Shown here one piece after another: positions 28,664-37,951 of a stretch of DNA of 64,000 nt (position 1 is its first letter; every line of letters starts with the position of its first letter). The stretch is from contig VGWG01000006.1 of the NCBI GenBank assembly GCA_016873675.1, positions 1,200-65,199 of the forward strand, read 5' to 3'. The position numbers and the translations under genes are program-made. The notes beneath the pieces are model-generated. The model worked only from the letters and a program-made list of their open reading frames with translations. It was not told the DNA's origin and ran no database searches. The DNA comes from Lentisphaerota bacterium (GTDB lineage Bacteria > Verrucomicrobiota > Kiritimatiellia > RFP12 > JAAYNR01).

Positions 28664-30342
28664 AAGACATGAGAACTACGCCGCACTGCTCGGCAAACAC
28701 GCTCACCGGCCGCTCAGGCGACCAAGGCGACGGGACTTTTCGCAACCCCGTGCTCGCTTTTGACTACAGCGATCCCTGTCCGATTCGCGTCGGACAAGAC
28801 TACTACTTGGCGAGTTCCACCTTCCAGATGTCGCCCGGCGTGCCGATCCTCCATTCGCGAGACCTCGTGAATTGGACGACCATCGGCGCGGCAATTCCCG
28901 ACCTCTCGGTGCTGGCGCCGGAATTCAACTGGGATCGCATGGACCGCTATGGCGGCGGCGTCTATGCTCCAAGCCTGCGCTACCATGACGGCCTGTTCTG
29001 GATCTTTGTGAATTGCTACACCGGCGAGGGATTCTATGTCTGCACGGCAACGAACCCGGCAGGGCCCTGGCAGGTGCGGCAGATTCAGGATAAGAACGGC
29101 CAGCCGCTGCGCACCACGGCCTGGACCGACCCGTGTCCGTTCTGGGACGACAACGGAAAAGCCTATCTGATCGCCAGTCGGCCGGGCAGTCACTGGTTTA
29201 GCTACCTCTTTGAAATGACCCCCGACGGTTCCCGCCTACTGGACGCCGACGTGGACCACATGAACGCCAGCGAGGGGCCGTATGCCTATCCCAACGGCGG
29301 CACGATGGTCGTGCCGTTCCACTCAGCCGAGGGGAACAAGATTTTCACCCGCAACGGCTATTACTACTTGGTCCACATCGAGTTCTTGAATAAAGGGCAG
29401 GGCCGCGGAACCTATATCTTCCGGTCCAGGCACATCTACGGCGTCAAACCCGACGGCACGCCTGGAAAGCCGGGCGATCCGGGCAAATACGAGGTCTTCA
29501 CGTTCGGTCCCGTCAGCGACGAAGCCTACGCACAGAATCTGGAACTGCCCGGGCAAGGCGGCTTTGTGGATACCCCGGACGGACGCTGGTTCTGGATCGG
29601 CCAGTTCAATCGCCGAGCCTCCGACGGCCGCCTTCCTCAGTTACTTCCCGTGACGTGGATCGACGACTGGCCTGTTCCCGGCGTGGATGTGCAGGATGGG
29701 CATGGCCGGATGGCGTGGCAATTACCCAAGCCGATTGCGGGGTATCCGGCCTGCACACCGCAAGGAAGCGATGACTTCACGCAGCCGGTGCTGAATCCCC
29801 GCTGGCATTGGAACCACCAGCCACGCGCGGATACGTGGTCGCTGACCGAGCGCCCGGGCTTTCTCCGCCTGCACGCCATCCCGCAGCTTGAACCCGGCAA
29901 GTTCTTTAAGACACGCAACGTGATCTGCCAGCGCCATACCCGCCGCGACCTGACGCAGGTTACGGTCAAGCTGGAGATGGCCGGTATGACCGACGGGCAG
30001 GAGGCGGGGCTGGTGCACTTCGGCCCGGGCAACACCTCGGCGTCCATCGCCGTGCGCAAGACCGGCACCTCGCTGGCCATTCGCTTCAATAAGGCCGACA
30101 CGCCCACGGATGGTCCTGCCCTTCCGGCAGGCACACCCGCCCTCTGGCTGCGATCGGTGGCGGGCTTTGATGACCAGTGCGTCTTCTCGTTCAGCACCGA
30201 TGGCCAGACGTTCTCCCCGCTCGGCGACGCCTACACCCTCGTCGGTGGCGGGTGGCGCGGTGACATCGTGGGTCTTTACACCTTCAACAATCAGGCCGAA
30301 GAGGGTTATATCGACGTCGATTCGTTCGATTATCGGTTCTGA
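28660..30342 (+). CDS. Glycoside hydrolase family 43 (beta-xylosidase/alpha-L-arabinofuranosidase-like), cytoplasmic
   Basis: GH43 N-terminal 5-bladed propeller signature (FRNPVLAFDYSDP ... YYLASSTF ... HSRDLVNW ... GGVYAPSL) plus a C-terminal beta-sandwich. No signal peptide. Overlaps the waaA stop (ATGA). Confidence 0.8.
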   Translation: MKDMRTTPHCSANTLTGRSGDQGDGTFRNPVLAFDYSDPCPIRVGQDYYLASSTFQMSPGVPILHSRDLVNWTTIGAAIPDLSVLAPEFNWDRMDRYGGGVYAPSLRYHDGLFWIFVNCYTGEGFYVCTATNPAGPWQVRQIQDKNGQPLRTTAWTDPCPFWDDNGKAYLIASRPGSHWFSYLFEMTPDGSRLLDADVDHMNASEGPYAYPNGGTMVVPFHSAEGNKIFTRNGYYYLVHIEFLNKGQGRGTYIFRSRHIYGVKPDGTPGKPGDPGKYEVFTFGPVSDEAYAQNLELPGQGGFVDTPDGRWFWIGQFNRRASDGRLPQLLPVTWIDDWPVPGVDVQDGHGRMAWQLPKPIAGYPACTPQGSDDFTQPVLNPRWHWNHQPRADTWSLTERPGFLRLHAIPQLEPGKFFKTRNVICQRHTRRDLTQVTVKLEMAGMTDGQEAGLVHFGPGNTSASIAVRKTGTSLAIRFNKADTPTDGPALPAGTPALWLRSVAGFDDQCVFSFSTDGQTFSPLGDAYTLVGGGWRGDIVGLYTFNNQAEEGYIDVDSFDYRF

Positions 30343-30377
30343 ACGCCCGCCGCTGATCCTCTGAAAAGGGAGCTCGC

Positions 30378-31388
30378 ATGCGAAGAAATCCATCCACTCC
30401 TGCTGGCGCGATTCATCGCTTGCACCTGAACAGTCGGGTGCTGGAGGACAATCGCCTCGGCGATCCGACCGTCCGCGAGATCGACGTCTACACCCCCCCT
30501 AGACATGACGGCCGTGGTCTGCCGCTGCTCGTCAACGTCGTCGGCTATACCTCCGGAGGCCCGGCGGAAGCGAGCTGGAAGAACTTTGGCGAGAACGTGC
30601 CGGAACGGCTTGATCACCTGATCGCCACCGGCGCGATGGCGCCGTGCGTGGTTGCGTTTCCCGACTGCTTTACCCGCCTGGGCGGCAACCAGTATGTGAA
30701 CTCGGTTGCGATGGGGCGCTGGGACGATTTCCTGTTGCTCGAAGCGATCCCCTTTGTCGAACGGCAGTTCGGCTGCGGCGGCGCGGGCAAGCGCGGGATC
30801 TTCGGTCATTCCAGCGGCGGTTACGGCGCGATCGTGCATGCCCTGCTGCACCCCGATTTCTGGAGCGCGGCTGCGGTGCATTCCGGCGATATGGGATTCG
30901 AGCTGCTCTACCGGCACGAATTTGCGGCGGTGCTGCGCGAGCTGTCCCCGACCGGCTTCGAGTTCGGCAAATGGGTGGATGCGTTCTGGGACGCGAAGAA
31001 GGTCAAGGGCTCCGACATCAACGTCATGATGATCCTGGCGCAGGCCGCGAGTTTCGATCCCGACCTCTCGGCGCCTTATGGCATCCGCCTGCCCGTAACG
31101 CACGACACCTGCGAACTCATTCCTGAGCGCTGGAATAACTGGCTGCAGTGGGACCCGCTGTCGCTGGTCGAGAAGCACGGTTCCGGCCTGAAGCGGCTGC
31201 GGGCGCTCTACATCGACTGCGGCGATAGCGATCAATACAATCTGGTTTATGGCGCGCGGCGCCTGCACCGCCGATTGGAATCGCTCGGCGTGCCGCATCG
31301 CTATGAGGAATTTCCCGATGACCATTCATCGGTCGATTACCGGCTGGACGTCAGCCTGCCGGTGGTGGTCAACGCGCTGAGTGTGTGA
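30378..31388 (+). CDS. Alpha/beta-hydrolase esterase (PF00756-type putative esterase)
   Basis: GHSSGGYGA nucleophile elbow. Fold similar to enterochelin esterase and S-formylglutathione hydrolase. Confidence 0.7.
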   Translation: MRRNPSTPAGAIHRLHLNSRVLEDNRLGDPTVREIDVYTPPRHDGRGLPLLVNVVGYTSGGPAEASWKNFGENVPERLDHLIATGAMAPCVVAFPDCFTRLGGNQYVNSVAMGRWDDFLLLEAIPFVERQFGCGGAGKRGIFGHSSGGYGAIVHALLHPDFWSAAAVHSGDMGFELLYRHEFAAVLRELSPTGFEFGKWVDAFWDAKKVKGSDINVMMILAQAASFDPDLSAPYGIRLPVTHDTCELIPERWNNWLQWDPLSLVEKHGSGLKRLRALYIDCGDSDQYNLVYGARRLHRRLESLGVPHRYEEFPDDHSSVDYRLDVSLPVVVNALSV

Positions 31389-31410
31389 CCCTGAAAAAAG
31401 GAGGTGGCCG

Positions 31411-32001
31411 ATGTCCTCGTTACCCATCAATCATGTGTCTGATGCAGTTCCTGTGCGGCTGAAATCGGCCCCCCCGCGACGGCACCGACTGATCGTAGCC
31501 GGGGCGATTGGGCTGGCGGGTCTCCTTTCGGGATGCGCCAGCACGAAGCAGGCCCCGTTGCCAACGGTGCCCGCAGTGGATCTGGCCCGGTATGCCGGCG
31601 TGTGGTACGAAATCGCGCGAACGCCCAACTGGTTTGAGGCGAAATGCGCTGGCGGTGTGCAGGCGCATTATACACTCGATGGCGACCGGGTGCGGGTGCG
31701 AAACCGATGCCTGACGTGCGACGGAAAGGTCACCGAGGCCCGTGGTGTCGCCCGAGCCGTTCCGGGAAGCGGCAACGCAAAATTGCGCGTCAGCTTTTTC
31801 TGGCCGTTCTACGGCGATTATTGGATTCTCGCGCTGGACCCCGACTACCAGTGGGCACTCGTCGGCGAACCCTCGCAGCGCTATGCCTGGATTCTCGCGC
31901 GCACCCCCGCGCTCGATGCGGCGGTGCTGGAGGAGACGCTCGCGCGCGCCGCCGCGCTGGGCTTTGACCGTGAGGCGTTTCTATTCACGCGGCAACCGTG
32001 A
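31411..32001 (+). CDS. blc: Bacterial lipocalin (outer-membrane lipoprotein Blc)
   Basis: Lipobox LLSGC, lipocalin motif GVWYEIAR and the C-terminal YAWILAR block. AAGGAGG ribosome-binding site 7 nt upstream of ATG 31411. Confidence 0.8.
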   Translation: MSSLPINHVSDAVPVRLKSAPPRRHRLIVAGAIGLAGLLSGCASTKQAPLPTVPAVDLARYAGVWYEIARTPNWFEAKCAGGVQAHYTLDGDRVRVRNRCLTCDGKVTEARGVARAVPGSGNAKLRVSFFWPFYGDYWILALDPDYQWALVGEPSQRYAWILARTPALDAAVLEETLARAAALGFDREAFLFTRQP

Positions 32002-33129
32002 TTACCGGACCGCATGGTACGCGCGGTCCCAGTCTTTGAGGACCGGATCAAAGCCGATGCGGGCGAGCGCTGCGCGGACCTCGGCGAGCGGACGGTGGTC
32101 GGCGACGTCGAACTGCGGTTCAGCGTCGGTCTTTTCCGAATACCCCCCCGGCGAGGTGCAGGCGCCCGCCGAGAGCTTGGTGGCGCAGATGCGGGCGAGC
32201 TGCTCGCGCAGACCCGCGGGTTCGCGGGTGGAGAGGGTCATCCCCACATCGGGAAGCTGGATGCGCAGCGCGGTCATGAGCTGCACCAGGTCGGCATCGC
32301 CGACGGGGCAGGGTGGGGGCATGCAACCGTGCGCCGGGCGCATCCGCGGAAACGAAATTGCCACATTGCTGCGCCAACACGTCCGCTGGAGGTGGTCGGC
32401 GTGGAGACCGGTGTAGAAGGCTTCGGTTCGCCAGTCGTGGAGGCCAAGAAGGGTTCCGATACCGAGAAAGGTAAGCCCCGCCGCAGCGGCGCGTTCAGGG
32501 GTGGCCAGGCGATCCGCATAATCGGCCTTGGGGCCGGCTGGATGCAGCGCGCGGTAACGCGCGGGGTCGTAGGTCTCCTGAAACATCGTGATGCCGTCGC
32601 AGCCGGCCGTGACGAGTCCGGCGTATTCCTCGCGCGAGAGGCCGTAGATTTCGGCCTGAATCGAGGCGAATCGGCCGGCGATGCGCGGAATGAGCGCCTC
32701 AAAATAGGCGGGAGGCGTGTGCATCCGGTCATCCCCCGCGACGAGCAGGAGGTGCGCGAACCCCTGCCGCGCCAGCCAGTCGGCCTCGGCCTCGGCCTCG
32801 TCAAGGGAAAGGGCGCGGCGGGCGACAGCGGCCCTGCGGTTGAACCCGCAATAGACGCAGGCGTTGCAGCAGTAGTTGGAGACATACAGCGGCGCGAAGA
32901 ACTGCATGGTCCAGCCGAAGCGGCGGCGGGTGACGGCCGATGCGGCCTGCGCCTGCGCCTCCAGTTCGGGCCGCGCCGCCGGGGCGAGCAGCGCCGCCAG
33001 GCGCCGCGGCTCGAAGCGCCCCGCCTCGGCCCGCGCGCGGCGCGCCTCGTCCGCGGTGGCCGCGGCGATCAGCGCCGCGACGCGCTCCGGCGGCCATTCG
33101 GCCAGCACGTTCTGGAACGGGGTGTCCAT
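32002..33129 (-). CDS. thiH: 2-iminoacetate synthase (radical SAM)
   Basis: Radical-SAM Cys cluster CNACVYCGF. Follows thiG on the same strand. Confidence 0.85.
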   Translation of the reverse strand: MDTPFQNVLAEWPPERVAALIAAATADEARRARAEAGRFEPRRLAALLAPAARPELEAQAQAASAVTRRRFGWTMQFFAPLYVSNYCCNACVYCGFNRRAAVARRALSLDEAEAEADWLARQGFAHLLLVAGDDRMHTPPAYFEALIPRIAGRFASIQAEIYGLSREEYAGLVTAGCDGITMFQETYDPARYRALHPAGPKADYADRLATPERAAAAGLTFLGIGTLLGLHDWRTEAFYTGLHADHLQRTCWRSNVAISFPRMRPAHGCMPPPCPVGDADLVQLMTALRIQLPDVGMTLSTREPAGLREQLARICATKLSAGACTSPGGYSEKTDAEPQFDVADHRPLAEVRAALARIGFDPVLKDWDRAYHAVR

Positions 33130-33131
33130 GC

Positions 33132-33908
33132 TCAGGCGGAGAGAAACCCGGTGAGGGGGCTGCTGGCCGAAGCCTCCGCGGACGCGGCCCGGGGGCCCGC
33201 GTCGACGCCCATCTCGGCGGCCCTGACCGCGCCGGCGAAGGCACAGGCCATCGCGACCGGATCGGCGGCGGTGGCGATCGCCGTGTTGATGAGGACGGCC
33301 GAAGCGCCCAGTTCGATCGCTTCGGCGGCGTGCGAGGGCAGGCCGAGACCGGCGTCCACAATCACCGGCACGCGCGCCTGCGACACGATGATCTCGATCA
33401 TGTCGCGGGTGCGGATGCCGCGGTTGGTGCCGATCGGCGAGCCGAGCGGCATCACCGCCGCCGCGCCGGCTTCCTCCAGCCGCTTGGCCAGAACCGGATC
33501 GGCGTTCATGTAGGGCAGCACGACAAAACCCTCCCGAGCCAGGATCTCGGTGGCCCGGAGGGTCTCGACCGGGTCGGGCAGCAAGTGGTGCAGGTCAGGG
33601 GTCAACTCCAGCTTGACCCAGTCAAACCCGCCCGCCGCGCGGGCGAGGCGGGCGATGCGGATCGCCTCTTCGGCTGTGCGCGCGCCGCTGGTGTTGGGGA
33701 CGATCACCACCCGGCTGCGGTCCAGGCGGGTCAGAATGGGGTCGTCCGCAGGCGCGGCGTCGAGGTTCACCCGGCGCAGCGCCACGGTCACCAATTCCGA
33801 GCCCGAAGCTTCCATCGCCCGGACCATGACGTCGTGCGAGCCGAACTTGCCGGTCCCGATAAAGAGGCGCGATCGGAAGGTCCGGCCCGCGATGATCAAC
33901 GGCAGCAT
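33132..33908 (-). CDS. thiG: Thiazole synthase
   Basis: [20 protein letters not shown]-terminus and TIM-barrel ThiG core. Confidence 0.9.
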   Translation of the reverse strand: MLPLIIAGRTFRSRLFIGTGKFGSHDVMVRAMEASGSELVTVALRRVNLDAAPADDPILTRLDRSRVVIVPNTSGARTAEEAIRIARLARAAGGFDWVKLELTPDLHHLLPDPVETLRATEILAREGFVVLPYMNADPVLAKRLEEAGAAAVMPLGSPIGTNRGIRTRDMIEIIVSQARVPVIVDAGLGLPSHAAEAIELGASAVLINTAIATAADPVAMACAFAGAVRAAEMGVDAGPRAASAEASASSPLTGFLSA

Positions 33909-33911
33909 GGC

Positions 33912-34112
33912 TCACCCTCCCCCGACAAAATGAATGATCTCGATCCGCGCGCCCGGCCGCACCGGCGTCGCCGCCAACTGGTCGCAGCGCACGATCGCGC
34001 CGTCGCACTCGACGGCGACGTTGCGCGCCTCGACGCCCAGGCCTTCCAGCAGAGCTGCCAGGCTCGACGGCGAGCCGACGTCCCGTTCCTGTCCATTGAT
34101 AGTCACATTCAT
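33912..34112 (-). CDS. thiS: Sulfur-carrier protein ThiS
   Basis: 66 aa, MNVTINGQ ... ends in GG. Immediately upstream of thiG. The ORF-track N-terminal extension was rejected. Confidence 0.7.
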   Translation of the reverse strand: MNVTINGQERDVGSPSSLAALLEGLGVEARNVAVECDGAIVRCDQLAATPVRPGARIEIIHFVGGG

Positions 34113-34246
34113 AGGGGGAGTATTGTGAACCCTGGCCGGATTTTTATAAAGCGAATTCTGCGCCAACCGCAAACCCGTACTTGCGCAGAACGCCGGAATG
34201 GGCGATACTAGTGCCCCCTTTTGAAAGACCCCTGGAGACTTGTAAG

Positions 34247-35011
34247 ATGCGTAAGACGATTGTCGCCGGCAACTGGAAGATGAACAAAACCGCCGCCGAG
34301 GCCAAGGCCCTGATCGCCGACATCCGCCGCGAGACGGCGGACGGCGCGGGCGCCGTCGAGGTGGTGGTGTGCCCGCCGTTCACAGCCCTGGCAAGCGCCG
34401 CCGCCGCGCTGGCCGGGTCGTCCATCGCCCTCGGCGCGCAGAACATGCACGCCGAGACCTCGGGCGCCTTCACCGGCGAGGTCTCGGCCGCGATGCTCGT
34501 CGAGCTGGGTGTCACCTACGTCATCCTCGGCCACAGCGAGCGCCGGACGCTCCTGGGCGAGACCGACGCCATCGTGCAGAAGAAGGTGCGCGCCGCCATC
34601 CGCGCCGGACTCATTCCCATCGTCTGCGTGGGCGAGACGCTCGACGAGCGCGAGGCCGGCCGGATGGTCGAGGTGGTCTCGACGCAGGTACGCGGCAGCC
34701 TCGCGGGCGTCACGGGCGACGAGATGAAGGCGGGCAAGTTGGTCATCGCCTACGAACCGGTGTGGGCCATCGGCACCGGCCGGACCGCCAGCAAGGAGCA
34801 GGCGCAGGAGGCTCATGCGCTGATCCGGCGGATCTTGGCGGAGCTGACCTGCGGCACGGCCGCGACGGCCGTCCGCATCCAATACGGCGGCAGCATGAAA
34901 CCCGATAACGCAGCCGAATTGCTCGCCATGCCTGACATCGACGGCGGCCTGATCGGCGGCGCCGCGCTCAAGGCCGATTCGTTCGCGGCGATCATCAAGG
35001 CGGGTTCTTAA
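34247..35011 (+). CDS. tpiA: Triose-phosphate isomerase
   Basis: IVAGNWKMN ... ILGHSERR ... VCVGE ... [11 protein letters not shown] ... YGGS motifs. ATG at 34247; the ORF-track TTG extension was rejected. Confidence 0.9.
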   Translation: MRKTIVAGNWKMNKTAAEAKALIADIRRETADGAGAVEVVVCPPFTALASAAAALAGSSIALGAQNMHAETSGAFTGEVSAAMLVELGVTYVILGHSERRTLLGETDAIVQKKVRAAIRAGLIPIVCVGETLDEREAGRMVEVVSTQVRGSLAGVTGDEMKAGKLVIAYEPVWAIGTGRTASKEQAQEAHALIRRILAELTCGTAATAVRIQYGGSMKPDNAAELLAMPDIDGGLIGGAALKADSFAAIIKAGS

Positions 35012-35033
35012 TCACAAACGAAAGGGCGGGACG

Positions 35034-35429
35034 ATGAACATTCTTTATTATGTGTTGTGCGTGGTCGAGGTCTTGGTCTGCCTGCTGTTGATCGGGGTCA
35101 TCCTGTTGCAACGAAGCAAGGACGGCGGCGCGGCGGGCCTGAGCATGGGCGGGGGCATGGGCGAAGCCATCTTCGGCGCGCAAATGGGCAACGTGCTCAC
35201 CCGTGTCACCGTGATCCTGGGGTTCATCTTCCTGACCAACACGCTCGTGCTGGCGGTCCTCTCGGCCCGCAAGGACAGCCGTTCACTGATGGATGGCGCC
35301 GTGCGGCAGCCACCGCCCGCAGCCACCCTGCCCTCTGATTTCACCGGCGCGGCGAGTCCCGAGGCCATGCCTGTCGAGATTCCGGACGTGACGCCGTCTC
35401 CCGCCGTCCCAACACCTCCTGCGGAGTGA
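35034..35429 (+). CDS. secG: Preprotein translocase subunit SecG
   Basis: LLIGVILLQRSKDGG ... GA SecG signature, two TM helices and a Pro-rich tail. Directly follows tpiA. Confidence 0.85.
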   Translation: MNILYYVLCVVEVLVCLLLIGVILLQRSKDGGAAGLSMGGGMGEAIFGAQMGNVLTRVTVILGFIFLTNTLVLAVLSARKDSRSLMDGAVRQPPPAATLPSDFTGAASPEAMPVEIPDVTPSPAVPTPPAE

Positions 35430-35435
35430 GCCGTC

Positions 35436-36116
35436 ATGAGCTTGAACCTCGTGGAGCGGATCGATGACCGGGTGGCGCTGCGGTACGCGCTCGTCAGCGT
35501 TTCGGACAAGACCGGTCTGGACACGTTCATCCCGGCCTTGCTGCGCGCCGCGCCCGGCATCCGGCTCTATTCGACCGGCGGCACCTACACCGCGCTGCGC
35601 GCGCTGCTGGGTGCCCAGGCCGATGGCACGCTCACCCAGGTCTCCGATTACACCGGCCAGCCCGAAATGCAGGGCGGGCTGGTGAAGACGCTCGACTTCA
35701 AGATCTATCTCGGGCTCCTGAGCGAAACCTACAACCCCGCCCATCAGGCCGACCTGAGCCGGACCGGCGCGGTGGCCTTCGACCTGGTCGTGGTCAATCT
35801 CTACCCCTTCCGCCAGGCGGTCGCGCGGCCCGACGCCACCCCCGAATCCGCCCGGACCCACATTGACATCGGCGGGCCCTGCATGGTCCGGGCTTCCGCC
35901 AAGAACTACCTGCGTGTCGCCGCAGTGACCGATCCGGCCGACTATCCCGCCCTCGCCGCCGAGCTGGCCGCCCACGGCGGCACCCTCGGACTCGCCACCC
36001 GCGCCCGGCTGATGCGCAAGGCGTTCCGCCATACCGCCGACTACGACGCCGCCATCGCCGCGTTCTTCGCCGGCACCGATGACGGCGCCATACGGCGCGC
36101 CTATTCCCTGGCGTGA
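35436..36116 (+). CDS. Standalone MGS-like / IMP-cyclohydrolase-like domain protein (homolog of the PurH N-terminal domain only)
   Basis: Alignable to PurH residues ~1-200: VSVSDKTGL, VSDYTGQPEMQGGLVKTL, DLVVVNLYPF, IDIGGPCMVRASAKN and TADYDAAIA. The conserved KTLHPKIHGG is replaced by KTLDFKIYLG. No AICAR-transformylase domain follows. Confidence 0.65.
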   Translation: MSLNLVERIDDRVALRYALVSVSDKTGLDTFIPALLRAAPGIRLYSTGGTYTALRALLGAQADGTLTQVSDYTGQPEMQGGLVKTLDFKIYLGLLSETYNPAHQADLSRTGAVAFDLVVVNLYPFRQAVARPDATPESARTHIDIGGPCMVRASAKNYLRVAAVTDPADYPALAAELAAHGGTLGLATRARLMRKAFRHTADYDAAIAAFFAGTDDGAIRRAYSLA

Positions 36117-36128
36117 GCGGAGGCGGCG

Positions 36129-37001
36129 ATGACCCCCTGGACCACCATTCTGACCGACCTGATCCGGCGCACCTCGTGCGACCTGCCCGAGGATGTCGAG
36201 CGGAGCCTCCGCACCGGCCGCGCCCGCGAGGCGTCCGGCAGCCGCGCCGCCGCCATCCTCGACACGATCCTCGAAAACACCGCGCTCGCCCGCGCCCAGG
36301 CGACCCCGATCTGCCAGGACACCGGCACGCTGACGTTCTTCTTCGATCTGCCCGACGACGGTTCCACGCGCCCCCCGGCGCTGGAGGAAGCCGCCCGCGA
36401 GGCGGTGCGCGAGGCGACGCGCCAGGGCTGGCTGCGCCGCAACACGATCGAGACGATCGGCGGCGGCTCGATTGACGACAATGTCGCCGCGGGCTCCCCG
36501 GTCTGCCATTTTGAGTTCGGGGCGCACCCGTGGTCCGAGGTCTCGCTGATGCAGAAGGGCGGCGGCTGCGAAAACATGAGCTCCCAGTACAGCCTCCCCG
36601 ACGAGGCGCTGGGGGCGGGACGCACGCTCGACGGGGTGCGGAAATGCGTCCTGCATGCCGTCTGGAACGCACAGGGACAGGGCTGCGCGCCGGGCATCCT
36701 GGGCGTGTGCGTGGGGGCCGATCGCGCCGGCGGATTCCTAGAAGCCAAGCGGCAATTGCTCCGCCCCCTGGAGGATTGCGCCCCCGATCCCCGGCTGGCG
36801 GATCTGGAGCGGCGGATCCTGGACGAGGCCAACACCCTGGGGATCGGGCCGATGGGCATGGGTGGAAAGACCACGCTGCTGGCGGTCAAGCTGGCGGCGC
36901 AGACCCGCCTCCCGGCCTCCTATTTTGTCACGGTCGCCTACATGTGCTGGGCCTGCCGCCGCCGGACCGTGCGGGTGGCGGCCGACGGCCGGGCCTGCTG
37001 A
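36129..37001 (+). CDS. Fe-S hydro-lyase alpha subunit (class I fumarate hydratase / L(+)-tartrate dehydratase alpha-type catalytic domain)
   Basis: N-terminal-domain motifs CQDTGT ... GGGSIDDN ... MGMGGKTT. 290 aa. No beta subunit is adjacent. Confidence 0.8.
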   Translation: MTPWTTILTDLIRRTSCDLPEDVERSLRTGRAREASGSRAAAILDTILENTALARAQATPICQDTGTLTFFFDLPDDGSTRPPALEEAAREAVREATRQGWLRRNTIETIGGGSIDDNVAAGSPVCHFEFGAHPWSEVSLMQKGGGCENMSSQYSLPDEALGAGRTLDGVRKCVLHAVWNAQGQGCAPGILGVCVGADRAGGFLEAKRQLLRPLEDCAPDPRLADLERRILDEANTLGIGPMGMGGKTTLLAVKLAAQTRLPASYFVTVAYMCWACRRRTVRVAADGRAC

Positions 37002-37197
37002 TCGCCGGGGCGCGTAACCCAGCAAGGGAAGGGCCTTGCGTCCACCCCATGTCATCCCGCCGAACGAATCGCGGCTGGAGGCTAATTGCTGGCGCGGTCT
37101 GGGGGGCTGACCGATTCAGCCGAAATGGCGGCTTTTCCGCAAGGTCAATGACGGGGGGTTAAGCGAAGGGTGTCCCCAGCCCGGCCGGCAATCGGTC

Positions 37198-37398
37198 TCA
37201 TTTCGCCGGATCAAATCCAAGCAGATGAATGCCGTTGAAATAGAAAATGATCATCGAGGCGACTGCCGAGTAGAGGACGGCGCACCCGACTACGATGATA
37301 GTCCTCTTGTACCAGACTGAATCCTTCTGGGGGCAAAAGACCACCTCAAAAGCACGCATGAAGATGTAGGCGCTAATGGCAAACAGTGGATATCCCAT
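37198..37398 (-). CDS. Possible small membrane protein (~66 aa)
   Basis: Two hydrophobic helices (FAISAYIFMRAFEVVF, IIVVGCAVLYSAVASMIIFYF). Lies in a locally low-GC stretch. Confidence 0.3.
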   Translation of the reverse strand: MGYPLFAISAYIFMRAFEVVFCPQKDSVWYKRTIIVVGCAVLYSAVASMIIFYFNGIHLLGFDPAK

Positions 37399-37616
37399 TT
37401 TGTTCTCTCCTTTCTTAAGTTGGCGAACAAGCGGTACGGCGTGTGTGATGGTGTCCATATGGCGAGCTACTTCCTTCAAGTGTTCTCGACCAGGTAACAC
37501 GCTGTCCAATGTCTAAAGTTCCTGTCGCAGAACGACACCATTATGACTGCCTCGCAAATTACGTCAAGCAGCGCTTGGATTTGTGCGGTCCTTTAGGGAC
37601 ATAGAAACTGAGGCAC

Positions 37617-37651
37617 GTGACTTGCCGGGGCTGCGTGACTTGCCGGGGCTG
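37617..37651. repeat. Perfect 17-bp tandem duplication GTGACTTGCCGGGGCTG x2
   Basis: Seen directly in the sequence, just upstream of the left island repeat. Confidence 0.7.
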
Positions 37652-37703
37652 ATGTCGGCATCAGTCCAGCACACGCGCCTGCCCCAACGCGCCCCTCCCA
37701 CGC

Positions 37704-37830
37704 CTCGAGCCTCAGCCATCTACACACTCAACCTTTCCGCGTCCAGCGTGTTGCGCACTGACACAGTTTCTCTACTGGCACAGATTCTCAGTCCCCGCAT
37801 CCCCCCAGATTCTCTGTCCCCGCATCCCGC
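37704..37830. repeat. Left copy of an imperfect ~100-130 bp direct repeat bounding the Wadjet-containing segment
   Basis: Shares ...TCGAG.C.CAGCCATC..CACAC.CAACCTT.TC.CGCGTCCAGCGTGTTGCGCAC(T/C)GAC(A/T)CAGTTTCTCT ... with the copy at ~46028-46131. Both copies carry an internal tandem sub-repeat ending in GTCCCCGCAT. Confidence 0.75.
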
Positions 37831-37951
37831 ACATTCCCTGTTGCATTGGCGCGGCCGAACGCGTTACGATTCAAGCTGTCGAGCGGGGTTTGGGCGATCC
37901 AATCCGCCTCTTTCCAAAGGCATTCCATCTCCCGCCAACGGAGGCTGCGCC

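Noticed and set aside
34113-34246. Possible TPP riboswitch upstream of the thiS-thiG-thiH operon.
   Set aside because: I read the 5' leader on the minus strand. The universally conserved CUGAGA element and the pyrimidine-sensing helix pattern are absent. Only a short GC hairpin (CTGCGC...GCGCAG) is present.
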